This document shows positions 52,148 through 63,787 of a stretch of DNA of 64,000 nucleotides, piece by piece. The stretch is from positions 66,124-130,123 of the forward strand of contig CAVZGW010000006.1 in assembly GCA_963774825.1 (NCBI GenBank), read 5' to 3'. Source of the stretch: an uncultured Actinomycetes bacterium. GTDB lineage: Bacteria > Actinomycetota > Actinomycetes > Streptosporangiales > Streptosporangiaceae. The notes below the pieces were generated by a model. The model was not told the origin of the DNA. It did not search any database and saw only the letters and a program-made list of their open reading frames with translations. Both the position numbers and the translations under genes were made by a program. Each line of letters starts with the position of its first letter. Position 1 is the first letter of the stretch.

Positions 52148-53113
52148 ATGGAAGCCAATGTCACACAAGGCCCACCATCGGGCGACTCGGCCTGGGCACG
52201 CGCTTTCGCGCTTCTGTATGACCCCTTCATCTGGGTGGGCGAGCGCACCGGACTGCGCGCCCACAGAAGAGCTCTGCTCAGCTGCGCGCGCGGGTGCACG
52301 CTCGAGATCGGCAGCGGCACCGGCCTGAACCTGCCGCACTACCCCGACGACCTCGACGATCTGGTCCTGGCCGAACCAGACGCCGCAATGCGCTCCCGCC
52401 TTGAGAAGAGGCTGAGCCGCAGCGGCCGGGGGACCCGGCTGGTTGACGCGCCGGCGGAACGGCTGCCGTTCCCCAACGGATCGGTCGACACGGTCGTCTC
52501 GACCCTCGTGTTGTGCACGGTCGACGTCCCCGACGTTGCCCTGCGGGAGATCGCGAGGGTGTTGCGGCCCGGCGGTCAGCTGCTCTTCCTCGAGCACGTC
52601 CGCTCTGAGTCACCGACGCTCGCCCGCTGGCAGGACCGGCTAGCCGGGCCCTGGCGTCGCTTTGCACGAGGCTGTCGCTGCAACCGCGCCACCGCGGAGC
52701 TGATCGTGACCTGCGGGCTGGAACTCGAACAGACATGCGAAACGCCGTGGCACGGAATGCCGCCGATCGTGCGGCCGCTCATCGTCGGCCGGGCGACCGT
52801 TCATCGTCGCCCAAGGCACGAAACGGGAGGAGCGGTGGCCGGGACTGGCTCACACGTCGTTAACCAGGCGGAGCTGCGTCGGCTATTACGTAAGCTTCTT
52901 CGTGGGGCGGGCTCGGACGGGCTGATCACTGCGACCCCGATGCTCGCCGCCCAGGCTGAGCTGCGGGGTGTAAGTCGGGCTTTACCTGCTGCCGTTGCGC
53001 CATCGGGTTCCGGTCGCCCGGCAGCTCGCTACGCTCGCGCAGCTTGCTCCTGGCCGCGGCTCTCGCTCGGGGTGGGGATCGGCGGCGAGAACCCGACCTC
53101 GGCCCCCGGATGA
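52148..53113 (+). CDS. class I SAM-dependent methyltransferase (Methyltransf_11 type) with unusual ~100-aa C-terminal extension
   Basis: LEIGSGTGLNLPHYP...LPFPNGSVDTVVSTLVLC...REIARVLRPGGQLLFLEH. Family members normally end near ...VRPLIVGRA (about 52800). Confidence 0.75.
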   Translation: MEANVTQGPPSGDSAWARAFALLYDPFIWVGERTGLRAHRRALLSCARGCTLEIGSGTGLNLPHYPDDLDDLVLAEPDAAMRSRLEKRLSRSGRGTRLVDAPAERLPFPNGSVDTVVSTLVLCTVDVPDVALREIARVLRPGGQLLFLEHVRSESPTLARWQDRLAGPWRRFARGCRCNRATAELIVTCGLELEQTCETPWHGMPPIVRPLIVGRATVHRRPRHETGGAVAGTGSHVVNQAELRRLLRKLLRGAGSDGLITATPMLAAQAELRGVSRALPAAVAPSGSGRPAARYARAACSWPRLSLGVGIGGENPTSAPG

Positions 53114-53320
53114 AGGCAGTGCTGGCGGCGCGCGGCGCCCATCAACGCCTCGCCTCCACTGCGGCCGCCGACCATGGTGAACTTCCTGCTGACAGGTCAG
53201 CCATCGCCAAGGCGGTCGTGCGTCGCTAAGGCCGTCCTGTGTAACTGGCTGCTCCCCTGATGATGGCGGGGAAGCCATCATCAGGGGGCTCAGTGCGGCT
53301 TTGGCAGGGCAGATGACAGG

Positions 53321-53683
53321 TCACCGTTTGGCGTATTCGGCGAACCCTTGCCAGTCGATGACGACGCACGGCTCGTCCCCGACCGTCCACGCGTCGTGCC
53401 CGGGCGCCATGATCGCGAAGTCGCCTGGGCCGTACTCCATCTCTTCGCCGTCGTCCATCACGACCTTCATCCGCCCGGACACGAAGTAGCCCATGTGGGC
53501 GGCCTGGCAGCTGTCGGTCTTGGCGATCGGCTTCACGTGCTTTGACCACCTCCAGCCAGGCAGGAACGTCGCCCGGCCTACAGCGCCTCCTTCCAGGTTC
53601 ACCAGCTCAAGCTGGCCGGTCCCGCCCTCGAACGGGCGGGTCTCTTCGGGTTTGTCGAGGCTCTTGCGAACAAGACCTGGCAT
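53321..53683 (-). CDS. cupin-domain protein
   Basis: 120 aa. HMGYFVSGRMKVVMDDGEEMEYGPGDFAIMAPGHDAWTVGDEPCV. Confidence 0.85.
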   Translation of the reverse strand: MPGLVRKSLDKPEETRPFEGGTGQLELVNLEGGAVGRATFLPGWRWSKHVKPIAKTDSCQAAHMGYFVSGRMKVVMDDGEEMEYGPGDFAIMAPGHDAWTVGDEPCVVIDWQGFAEYAKR

Positions 53684-54057
53684 CTTGACCTCCTGTTGGT
53701 TGCTGTATCAAGGGGCTCGGATGGCCGAGACGCCAGACAGAGCCCTTGGCCGGAGCCAATTCACGCCGACACGCGTGGCGTCGGCCCCATGCCGGCTGGC
53801 GAGGGATGCGAGCTGCCCGGCGGCCACCGGCCATGGCAAGCGACAGTCCCAGAAGTTCTCCGGCCGGCACGGAAGCCATCGCCTCCCAATCACCGTTGAC
53901 CTGGCGGATAGAACCCATCTGCTTGCTCTCATCCACGGCCGTCATCGCTGCCACCCCCCGCGCCGTCGCTGTGCGCGTGTGCTTGACAAAACCGCCTGAC
54001 CGGGGCAAGTGTCTATACGCATATTGCGCACCGGGCGCGTCTGCCGGGGGTGCGGCC

Positions 54058-54858
54058 ATGTACGTCTCGCTGGAGACCCTGCGGCGGGCTGTCTCGCTCG
54101 TAGACAGCCTCGCCCAGCTCGACGACCCCGCTTGTTTCGCCGGGATCGTCCTTCCCGGCCTATCCACGCTGGTGGGCTGTGATGTCCTGACCTACAACGA
54201 GATCGGATCAGCCCCGGGAGAAACGCGTTACGCAGACTACCCGGCCGGTGCGCTCGACCCGGCGACCCAGCCGGCATTCGCCGCACACGTGCACGAGCAC
54301 CCGCTGGTCAACCACTACCGTGCCACGGGCAGCGGTGAACCGGTCATGATCAGCGACTTTCTCAGCCGGCAGCGATTCCACCAGCTGGGCCTGTACGCCG
54401 AGTTCTTCCGCGGCATACCAGTCGAGCACCAGCTGGCCATCAGCCTGCCGGGCCCCGATGAGCAAGTGATCGGCATCGCAATGAGCCGTGCCCGCCGCGA
54501 CTTCTGCGACTCCGATCGCGCCCTGCTCAGCGCGCTCCGGGCCCCGCTGATCGCCGCGCTGCAGCGCGCCCGCAGGCGCCAGCAGGCCGGCCAGGTCCTC
54601 AGCGCCTTGGCTTGCAGCGGGTTTGCCAGCCTCACCGACCGCGAGACCCAGATCATGCGGCTCGTCGCCGCGGGCCGCACCAACATCGCCATCGCCCACA
54701 AGCTCGAGGTGAGCCCCCGGACCATCGCTAAGCACCTCGAGCACATTTACCGCAAACTCGGAGTGAGCAGCCGCGCGGCAGCCGTCTCCCGCATCGCGCT
54801 GGCTGGCGCTCAGGACCCCTCCCCTAGAAGGGGGCCTGACCGAGGCAACGGTTCCTGA
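54058..54858 (+). CDS. LuxR-family transcriptional regulator with N-terminal GAF-like sensor region
   Basis: C-terminal HTH: LTDRETQIMRLVAAGRTNIAIAHKLEVSPRTIAKHLEHIYRKLGV. Start chosen at MYVSLETL. Confidence 0.8.
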   Translation: MYVSLETLRRAVSLVDSLAQLDDPACFAGIVLPGLSTLVGCDVLTYNEIGSAPGETRYADYPAGALDPATQPAFAAHVHEHPLVNHYRATGSGEPVMISDFLSRQRFHQLGLYAEFFRGIPVEHQLAISLPGPDEQVIGIAMSRARRDFCDSDRALLSALRAPLIAALQRARRRQQAGQVLSALACSGFASLTDRETQIMRLVAAGRTNIAIAHKLEVSPRTIAKHLEHIYRKLGVSSRAAAVSRIALAGAQDPSPRRGPDRGNGS

Positions 54859-55156
54859 GCTGCAGATGGGTGCCGGTGGTGGTCACCGCCGCGAGCCTGC
54901 ACGGTCGGTTCTCCGGTTTCGAAATCTCGGTCAAACGTCGCGGTCAGCTTGGATCGCGCGAGTCGGCTGAGGTCAGGCAAGCGCCGCGCGCGGCCGCCTG
55001 ACTATCTCTTTCACGTGGCAGGGGGATGGGCGGCCTTGGTCGTCCTCAAGCGCAGGGTGCGGACCGCGACCGAGATCACCTCCCGCGGGAACCGGAACCA
55101 GCAATACAGAGGACGGGCTCGACGACGTCACTACATCAGTGTCCCGCCCGCCACGA

Positions 55157-55759
55157 TCAGCCAGCGCAATACTGCCCCCTATGCCCGCTCAAGTGACGGG
55201 CACGGGCACCTGGCGGGCTCGAGAGAATCAGGTGGTCGCCGCGCCTGCCGTCCGGTTCTCCTTCGACCGCCTGGCCGCGCTGCGCTGGCCGGGGCGGTAG
55301 CTGCCCGCGGGAGCGCTTCTGGTGCCATGAGTCGAGGATCTGGGCGCCGCCTATCAGCCATGCCATGAAATAGACCATCACGATCACGGCGCAGAATTTC
55401 GCGAAGGCTTCATTATTGGCGAGGACAGCGGCCGCCAGGGCGGCCGGCCCAATTGCCACACATGCGCCCGCCAGGACTATCTTGCTCATCGGCGGCCGGG
55501 CCCGCGCCCGGGCGGGCCTGTGCAGCGGCCGTGCTCCGGTCACCCAGGCGGGGATGTCGGCGGTCACCACGGCCAGTTCCGCATAGGTCCGTGCGGCGAA
55601 CGTCTGGCCTATCCGCAGGTCAAACTCGTCCTTGGTCAGCCGGCCTTGCACGAATGCGGTCTTAACCGTGCCGATCACGTGCTCGCGGTCGGCGTGCGAC
55701 GCCCGCAGGTGGCCTCGGCCCGCCATTGCTGCGTTCACGTCTTCCGGTCCTGTCGTCAC
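55157..55759 (-). CDS. DUF1707-domain membrane protein
   Basis: LRASHADREHVIGTVKTAFVQGRLTKDEFDLRIGQTFAARTYAELAVVTADIP, then two TM segments. GGAGG RBS precedes the GTG at 55759. Confidence 0.7.
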   Translation of the reverse strand: MTTGPEDVNAAMAGRGHLRASHADREHVIGTVKTAFVQGRLTKDEFDLRIGQTFAARTYAELAVVTADIPAWVTGARPLHRPARARARPPMSKIVLAGACVAIGPAALAAAVLANNEAFAKFCAVIVMVYFMAWLIGGAQILDSWHQKRSRGQLPPRPAQRGQAVEGEPDGRRGDHLILSSPPGARARHLSGHRGQYCAG

Positions 55760-56865
55760 CGGCGCCTCCTCGCGAAGACAATGCAACGAAGCGTAACCCG
55801 GTTGCCCGGTGGCCGACCATCCCTGCCGGTGGCACGAGGTAAGTGAATCGGCGGCCCTGCGCGTCCGGTCAGGCGCTGAAGCGGCGTGCGGGCCGCCGCC
55901 ACCACGGCCCCTGGTGCCGGGCGGCTTGCTGGCGAGTCCTCCGCCGGGGGCGCTGAGCGCGGCGCCGGGGAACGGTGCGAGGGGGACAGCGATATGGGCA
56001 CCCATGCCCGCTTTGCCGACGCTGATTTCCACCCAGTACTCGTGCCGCAGGCCCGGCGGGAGCACGGTATTGTCCGGGTCGCAGGTTTCGCACCCACCAC
56101 CCGGGCGGGGGGTCTGGAGCGGCCCGTGGTGCGGGAACAGCGGCAACAAGGCTCGGGTCACGGTCGTATGCCGGCGGTGCCACCTGGGAGTCGATGATCC
56201 GCGCGTGCTGGTCTCGGTAGCGCCGCAGGTAGGCCAGGAACCGGTGGGCTGCGACCGCCTGCTCGCGCGCTGACAGGCCAGGGCAAGGACATATTGCGGC
56301 GGCGGATGGACGGGCACGACGGCGAGCCCGTCGGGACAAAGCGCGCGGGCGGTGGCCTAGGCCATCACCGCGATGGCGGAGCCGTCCCGGGAGCCGTCCC
56401 GGATGGGCCGCCAGCCGGTGTCAAGGGCCACGGCCGAGGCGGCGGATTCCAGGACCTTGGCGTCGAACCCGCCGAACGCGCGGCACATGAGCTTCAATAT
56501 GTTTGCGCGTCACTCGTCATGAGTGCCGGACGTCGCTCCTGATGAATAGGGACAGGTCGTATGAGGCTGACCGAAACCCTTCGGCGATGGTCAGGGTGAC
56601 GCTGTCATGCTCGCCGTGACGCTTCTGCTTAACCGAGACCTAGGCCTGGGGGCGCCCGGTTTGCCTGCCCGGAGCCGACGTTTCGTCACAGACGGTAGCG
56701 GTCCGCCAGCGACGAACGGCGCGATATCCGCCCTTATGTTCGGCAGTCTAACTATCGGAAGATTGCCCCAACTGCTTTCTGAACTGGGCGATCTGTGCGG
56801 GCCGGCGTTGGGAGCGGATTGGTTCCCGCCTGGGACGGCAGCGGCGGTGCTCGAGTCAGCACGCG

Positions 56866-57295
56866 TTAGCGATCAGCTTGCTGTTTGAGCTTGCGCCAGC
56901 CGCCCCGGGTCGTTGGCGATGATCTGCCGGAACATCGCGGCCAGCGCCGGGCCGTTGATGGTCTCGCCTTGGCGGATGGCCACGATGCGGGCGGTCTTGT
57001 TGCCATGCCCGCCGGTGATGATCCCGTCCGGGTCGGGCACGATGCTGCCGTGGTAGAGGAACACGTTCACATGATCCTTAGCGGCCTGCGGCGCGCAGAT
57101 GTTGCCGCCCAGCACGAAATAGGGGCGGTTGGTGCGCTTGATCGTCTCGCTGACCTCAGGGTCGGCGGCGTGCACCAGGTCGCGGACCTGGCTGCACCAG
57201 CCTGCTCTCGACGGGCAGCCGGGCCGAGGTAGTGTGCAGCCCGGCGGGCCGAGTGGCCCGGAGTTAGCCACTCGGGCCCCGCCGAGCGGGGACAT
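56866..57295 (-). pseudogene. DUF1801 (YdhG-like) protein, probable frameshift near 3' end
   Basis: VRDLVHAADPEVSETIKRTNRPYFVLGGNICA.QAAKDHVNVFLYHG..VPDPDGIITGGHGNKTARIVAI. A family-typical tail RGGWRKLKQQADR-stop lies in another frame, ending at 56866. Confidence 0.55.
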
Positions 57296-57320
57296 GTGCA
57301 GACGCCCGGATGGCGGCCGT

Positions 57321-58548
57321 CTAGCGCAGTGATCGGAACGCGGCGCGGACCTCGGCGGAGAACAGCGCCGGCTCCTGCCAGGCGGCGAAGTGGCAGCCCC
57401 GGTCTACCTCGTTGAAGTAGATGAGCTTGGGGTAGGCCCGCTCGGCCCAGCTGCGCGGGGCCTTGTAGATCTCCTTGGGGAAGACGCTCACGGCGGCCGG
57501 GATGTTGACATTGCGGACGCCGAAGAAGTCGAACGTGTTCTCCCAGTACAGCCGGGCCGAGGAAATCGCGGTGCCGGTCAGCCAGTAGAACGTGACGTTG
57601 TCCAGGACCTCGTCCCGGGTCAGGTTGCCGACGGGGTGCCCGCGCGACGGCGTCCGCGATATCGGAGTAGCTGGACACGTCGTGGTTGATCATCCAGGCG
57701 GCCAGCCCGACCGGCGAATCGGCGATCCCGTAGAGCGCCTGCGGCTGGGTGATCATCTCTATCCCGTAGCCGAGGCCCGTCGTGTAGAAGAAGTTCAGCT
57801 GCTCGTACGTGCTCTGCTCCTCAGCGGACAGACCCGACGGCGGCGGGCCGCCGGCCCCCAGGACGTTACGCGCGAGTACCGTGGAGACATCGGCTGGGAC
57901 GACGCCGGCCATGTTGGTGTGCATGCCGATCAGTTCCGGCGGGGCCTGGACGGCCATCACGTCGGTAATGATCGCGCCCCAGTCGCCGCCTTGCGCCACG
58001 AACCGGGTGTAGCCCAGGCGCCTCATCAGCTCGATCCAGGCCCGGGCGATGCGGTCCGGGCCCCAGCCGGTCTCCCGCGGCTTGCCGGAGTACCCGTAGC
58101 CCGGCATCGACGGGATCACCACGTCGAAGGCGTCCGACGCGCTCGCGCCGTGGGCGGTGGGATTGGTGAGCGGGTCGATTACCGCCAGCAGCTCGATGAC
58201 CGAGCCGGGCCACCCGTGGGTGATGATGACCGGCAGCGCGTTCTCATGCTGCGAGCGGACGTGGATGAAGTGGATGTCCAGCCCGTCGATCTCGGTCATG
58301 AAGTGCGGCAGTGCGTTCAGCTTCGCCTCGCACCGGCGCCAGTCGTAATCCGTCGCCCAGTAGCGGGCGAGTTCCTGCATGACCGCCAGCTTCGGGCCCT
58401 GCGAATGATCCGTGACGAGTTCCTGGTCGGGCCAGCGGGTGGCCGCGACGCGCGCGCGCAGCGCCTCCAGTTCCGCCTCGCGGGTGACCGGGATCGTGAA
58501 CGGCCGGACCGCCGTGGCGCCTGCTGAGTTTTCGGTCGGGGCGGACAT
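57321..58548 (-). pseudogene. microsomal-type epoxide hydrolase, single frameshift near 57650
   Basis: VRPFTIPVTREAELEALRARVAATRWPDQE...LPHFMTEIDGLDIHFIHVRSQHENALPVIITHGWPGS...FVAQGGDWGA. After the shift: GHPVGNLTRDEVLDNVTFYWLTGTAISSARLYWEN...GCHFAAWQEPALFSAEVRAAFRSLR-stop. Confidence 0.85.
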
Positions 58549-58843
58549 GTGGGGCTCCTTTCCCCAGAGGTGTGACTACGACACGAAGCCTGCTCGTCTC
58601 GTCTTCGGCCCGCGCCGGTGGAAGACCCTGGGTCTGTTGCCTGGGTTGCCCACTGGGTTGCTCCCCGGGGTGGCGACTCCGCGGATTCTGGTCGCGTCGG
58701 CACGCGCGGGTCAGCGGAAGGCGAATCCGACCAGCTGGCGGAACCCGCGCCGACTATCGGCGCCTCGTTTAGGCCCGAACGTGTTGGTGCTCGAAGGTCC
58801 GTGCAGGCGGTGCGTTGTCGCGGCCGCTTCCCGGCGCTTGAGA

Positions 58844-61626
58844 TCAGGCCAGGGCCAGCTTGGCGTCGGGGCCGGCCAGTGCGTTCGCCAGCCCTCGCCT
58901 GGATTGGATGCCGAGCTTGGTGAACACGTTGCGCAGATGCCACTCAACGGTCCGCGGGCTGAGGAAGAGCCGGGCGCCGATCTCCGGATTGGACAGCCCA
59001 TCGCGGGCGAGCCGCGCGATCTGCCGCTCCTGGGCGGTCAGATCGTCGCGTGTGTCGACCGTCCGCTTGCGCACCTTCTCGCCCGTCGCCTGGAGCTCCT
59101 GACGTGCGCGCTCGGCGAACGCCTCCATCCCAATCGCGGCCAGCATCTCGTGGGCCGTGCGCAGCTGCTCGCGCGCGTCGACCCGGCGATTCTCGCGGCG
59201 CAACCACTCGCCATAGAGAAGGTGCGCGCGGGCGAGCTCTGGACGGAGCCGGGTGCGCCTCAGCCGCTCGATCGCCTCGCGATACAGATCGTCGGCGGCC
59301 GCCCCGTCGCTTAGCAGCGCCCGGCAGCGCGCTTCGATGCCGAGCGCGAACTCGGTGCGGCAGGGCTGTGTCGTCTCGGCCAATCGCTCGAGCGCGTCAC
59401 GGGCGAGCTCGGCCTCTCCTCCGTACGCACGGCCGCCTCGACCAGCTCGGGCAGCACCCACATGGACCACCAGTCGAGGGGGTCTGAGGTGGCTTGCCGG
59501 GCCGCGGATGCCGCCTCCTCGTAGCGGGCGAGGCCGTTGTAGAGGACAGCGGCCGCCCAGTGCGCCCAGGCCGACGCCATCCCTTGCCCTCCGGGCGCCG
59601 CCAGCTCGATCGCGCTCGCTATCAGTGCGGCGGCCTCGGCTTCCCTCCCTTGCAGTGCCTGGAGCCTCAGCAAGGCGTAGGGCGCCCGGCGGCTCCCGGT
59701 CGCCGCCGCCACGCTGTCGGTCTCCGCGATGAGCGAGGCGGCACCCGCGAAGTCGCCCATCCACGCGGTTGCTATCGCCAAATTGGAGAGGGAGCTCGGC
59801 AGCGCCGCAAGTGCGCCAGCGTCGCGGAGGAGCCGGACCTCACTTGCGGAGTTCGCGCGCATACCCTCGATGTCCCACAGGAGAGCGCTGGCGGACGCCG
59901 CGATCCAGCCCCATAGCAGGACGTCCTTCACGGGGATGCCGGCGAGCGCTCTCGCTGCTCGCTGCAACGTCGGAGTGGCGGCGGCGTGCCCCTCGGTGGT
60001 CAGCAGAGCGAGACCGTCAAGGAGGAGGTCGAGGGGACGCGGAGCACCCGGCGGCGGAGGGAGCGCCCGCACGGCGCGGCAGATCTCCAGGAGGACGCCC
60101 TTCCCCACGACATGCGCGGCGACGAGCGCCGCGCCCCAGGCGGTCAGGTAGGTGTCACGCGCGAGCTCCAAGTTCGAACGGCTCGAGCCGCCTCGCCGCC
60201 TTCAGCAGCAGCGCGGGAGCATCGCTGTCAAGAAACGAGATGAAGGCGACGTGGGCCCGTAGCAGGTCGGCGCGGGCGCGCTGAAACTCGTCGAGCGCTC
60301 CGGCCTCCGCCGTGGCAGCTAGCGCGAGAGCCGCGTCGAATTCGCCGGCCTGCAAGCTCGCCTGCGCCGCGGCCAGAGCGCGATCCGGCCCGGCGCACCG
60401 GGTCGTTCGTCAACGCCACGGCGCGCCGCAGGAACGCCGCCGCGGCGGCGAGCCCGCCGCGCGCCTGCGCCCGGCCAGCCGAGCGCTCGAGCTCCAAGGC
60501 AACCTGCTCGTCGGGCCCCGCGGCGGCCGCAGCCAGATGCCACGCGCGACGGTCCGGGTCGGCCTCTCGGTCGGTCGCTTCGGCCAGCGCCAGGTGGGCC
60601 GCGCGGCGATCCTCCGCCGCCGCCGATCGATAGATCGCCGAGCGCACCAGCGGATGGCGGAACGTCACCCGCCCGCCGATCGTCGAGCAATCCTTCCGCC
60701 TCTGCGGCCTCCGCGTCCGCGGGCCCGAGACCGAGCCGCTCGGCCGCACGCCACAACAGCAGCGGATCGCCGGCCGGCTCCGCCGCCGCGACCAGCAACA
60801 GACGCCGCCCGTCATCAGAGAGCAGCTTGAGACGCCGGACGAAGCTCTCCTCGATCCGCCCCGTCAGCGCCTGCGCGCCGAGCAGGCCGAAGCCGCCCGC
60901 CAGCTGCGTCGCGGTCAACCCATGCGGCAGCTCGAGCAGCGCCAGCGGATTCCCCCGCGTCTCGGCGATGATGCGGTCCCGAACTGCCTCATCCAATTTG
61001 AACCGCACGGCGGAGTTCAGCAGCGCGCGCGCGTCGCCGTTGCGCACACCCTGCACCTCCAGCTCGGGCACGTGCCGAAGCTCCCCGCCCGGCTCGCGGG
61101 CGCCGAACACGATCCCGACCGGTTCGGCCAGCAGGCGACGGGCGACGAACGCCAGCGTCAGTCCCGAGGTCTGATCCAGCCACTGCGCGTCATCGACGAC
61201 ACACAGCAGCGGACGCTCCTCGGCCACCGCCGCGAACAGGCTCAACACCGCCAACCCGACGAGAAACCGATCCGGCGCTCCACCGGCGCTCAGGCCGAAC
61301 ACGATCTCCATGGCCTGCCGTTGCGGCGCTGGCAGCCTGTCGAGCCGGTCGAGCAGCGGCACGCACAGCTGATGGAGACTGGCGTAGGCCAGCTCCATCT
61401 CCGACTCCACCCCCACCGCCCGGACGACCGCCAGATCCGACGCCGACGCGATCAGGTATTCCAACAGCGCCGTCTTCCCGATCCCAGCCTCGCCGCGCAG
61501 CACCAGCGACCGGCTCTCGCCGCGGCGGACCGCCGAAACCAAGTCGTCCAGCAGCGCGCACTCGCTCGACCGGCCACGCAGCGCCGGGCGCCTACCCGCT
61601 TCCCGAAAACGGCTCTCCATCAGCAA
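58844..61626 (-). pseudogene. large ATP-binding LuxR-family (LAL-type) regulator, at least 4 frameshifts
   Basis: LVLRGEAGIGKTALLEY...VVDDAQWLDQTS...RGNPLALLEL in the first frame. Middle helical repeats lie in three further frames. C-terminal HTH: LTAQERQIARLARDGLSNPEIGARLFLSPRTVEWHLRNVFTKLGI. Confidence 0.85.
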
Positions 61627-61901
61627 CCACCGCGCGTCGAGCTACCTAAGGGCCGTAAGGCCCACCGCTGCAGACGGGAAGTCCGAGCCCTCGATCCCCT
61701 CAGCGTCTCGAGCTGCTCGCCCGCCAAGAACTCGGCGAACGGCCGGCCGCCGTTGAGCGGGGACAACCCGTCTTCGATCGTCCGCGCGACCCCGAAATCC
61801 TCGCGCACGACCTCAGCAAGCTTCTCGACGACCTGCGCGTAGACGTCGTCGAACAACGCGTCGTGCTGGTACATGGTACGAGCGGCGGTGTTAGTCGCCA
61901 T
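61620..61901 (-). CDS. small hypothetical protein immediately upstream of the LAL pseudogene
   Basis: MATNTAARTMYQHDALFDDVYAQVVEKLAEVVREDFGVARTIEDGLSPLNG. Its stop overlaps the LAL start. The C-terminal third looks compositionally odd, so a frameshift is possible. Confidence 0.35.
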   Translation of the reverse strand: MATNTAARTMYQHDALFDDVYAQVVEKLAEVVREDFGVARTIEDGLSPLNGGRPFAEFLAGEQLETLRGSRARTSRLQRWALRPLGSSTRGGC

Positions 61902-62713
61902 GGCCCAACCAAGGGTGTCGCTTCGGGTCTGCCCAGGTACAGCTCCCTCCACAAAGCAGACACTACGCCTCCTGGAGCAACGTGTCGACGTCGAGCGGGA
62001 TCCGGCCCCGGCCAGGTCAGGCCCCCTATCGCGCTTGCTCAAAGCGGGTCGCCGCGCTGCTGATACCGCTCGTGCGCGGCGACCCGCGACCGTAGGCGCT
62101 GACTCCGCGAGGCGGCGTGCGACCTCGGTGTGACCCGCATCTACCCGAGCGAGCGAATCCGCCGACACACGCGCTGCGAACTCCAGCAACCAGGTCGCCT
62201 CTCAAGATCCGGTCCTCTCAACCTAACTGTCAGGTTCCGGTATCCGGGCGACGTTGTGATTCCGGCACGCCGTGGGATCTTGGCCTCTGACCGCGACCTT
62301 GACCACCGGGGCAGCCACGCGCTTGTGGCCGTCAGGGCCGCGCTCCGCCTAGTGATCAGGGTCGGGACCGGGTCAGCTGGCAAGCGGCAGCTGATCTCAT
62401 CTCGCTGGCGCTGGGAGGCCGTCAACCCGAACGCGATCTTGAACCGCGCCATTCAGATTAGATGTTCTGTGCGCAATACGCGCTGCATCAAGAGTGATTA
62501 CCACCCGCACCGAGCATCGCTCGGGAGCGGTGTTTGGCTCACGGATGGACATCCGTGACGGGCCGGGCGGTGACCTGGTGTGATGGCCTGGGCCGTCTTA
62601 CCGTGGGGTTTCTCGTCATTTGCTGCGCCTCAGCTGGCCCAGCTTCGGGGTCTCAGCCCGTATCCCCGGAGGTGCCCGATGGCCACCACGTGCTCAGCGT
62701 CGGGCCACGTCAC

Positions 62714-63787
62714 TTACACAGCGGGCAGGACACGCCGTCGCCCGCTCGCCGACTTCCATAAACGGGTTGCTTTGACAGCCAGGAGAGGCTCTGCCGGTAC
62801 GACCGGCTGGGTTTCTACGGTGCGGAAACCGGCGCTCGAAAGGTCCGTTTCGATTTCACCTGGGCGGGGCAAAGCTGCTGCGCCTGCCTGGCAGGTAAGC
62901 ATGAAATTCAGGTGGGCTGCGGCAACGGAACCCGGCGCGGTAAGCGACGCGACGACGAGCTGACCGCGGTCGCCGAGCATTCCGCCGAGTCTGCATGTAG
63001 AGAGGAACTCGTTCCTCGCGCGGGAAGTAGTAGATGTTGTTGAGCAGCAGGATGAGGTCGTAGCGGATGCCCGGCCCGGGGGCCCAGTAGCGGATGTCCG
63101 CGGCGTGGAGCTGGATTCTCTCGCCCAGGCCGGCCAGCCGAAGTTCCCGGCGGGCGGCGTCGATGACGGCTTCGGCGAGATCGATGCCGTCGACCAGGAC
63201 CTGCGAGGCGACGCGCGCGGCGATCCTGGAGTAGATCGCGGTGCCGCAGCCGACGTCGAGGATCCTGCCGGGACGGGTCTCGCCGATCAGTGCGGTCAAG
63301 TAGGACGTGATGAACGGCGTCGCGGCCTGCGACACCTGGGCGATGTCGTCGGCGTACTGGTCCAGGTCGGTGCGGCCGTCACCGGCCTTCGAGCTCAGCA
63401 ATGCCTCAAGGTCGGCGTAAGGGCCGGTCTGGTAATCCAGCATCGATCGGTAGTGAGCGCGCAGGACAGTGTCCCCGGCCGCGATGGCCCGCGCGCGGCG
63501 CCCGCGTACGCGGTACTGGCCGCCGCGCTAAGTGATCTCGCCGAGCTCGGTTCCGATATCGAGCCAGGCCTGAAGACGCTCGCGCCGGACGCAGTCTGTC
63601 TTCGCGGCGATTCGGCGAAGGTTCCGCCATCGCTCAGGTCGTCGAGAAGGCCAGCCCGGATCGCGGAGCTAAGAAAGAGCGACCGTACGACCGCCCGGCT
63701 GTCGGTGATCGCCAACGCTCGGGCCGTCGCATCGCCGGCCCGGATGGTCTGGAAGATGCCGCCAACCTGAGCGCGGGACAGGCTCAT
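62714..63787 (-). pseudogene. SAM-dependent (O-)methyltransferase, at least 2 frameshifts
   Basis: N-terminal piece: MSLSRAQVGGIFQTIRAGDATARALAITDSRA. Motif I: GRILDVGCGTAIYSRIAA. Then DLILLLNNIYYFPREER. The tail LGDRGQLVVASLTAPGS...LSSAGFRTVE lies in a third frame. Confidence 0.65.

Noticed and set aside
55869-56540. Possible gene(s) on the minus strand (LSAREQAVAAHRFLAYLRRYRDQHARIIDS..., HEYWVEISVGKAGMGAHIAV...)
   Set aside because: Coding-like pieces occur in several frames with stops between them, and I cannot assign a family. This is probably another degraded locus. It is left unannotated rather than guessed.
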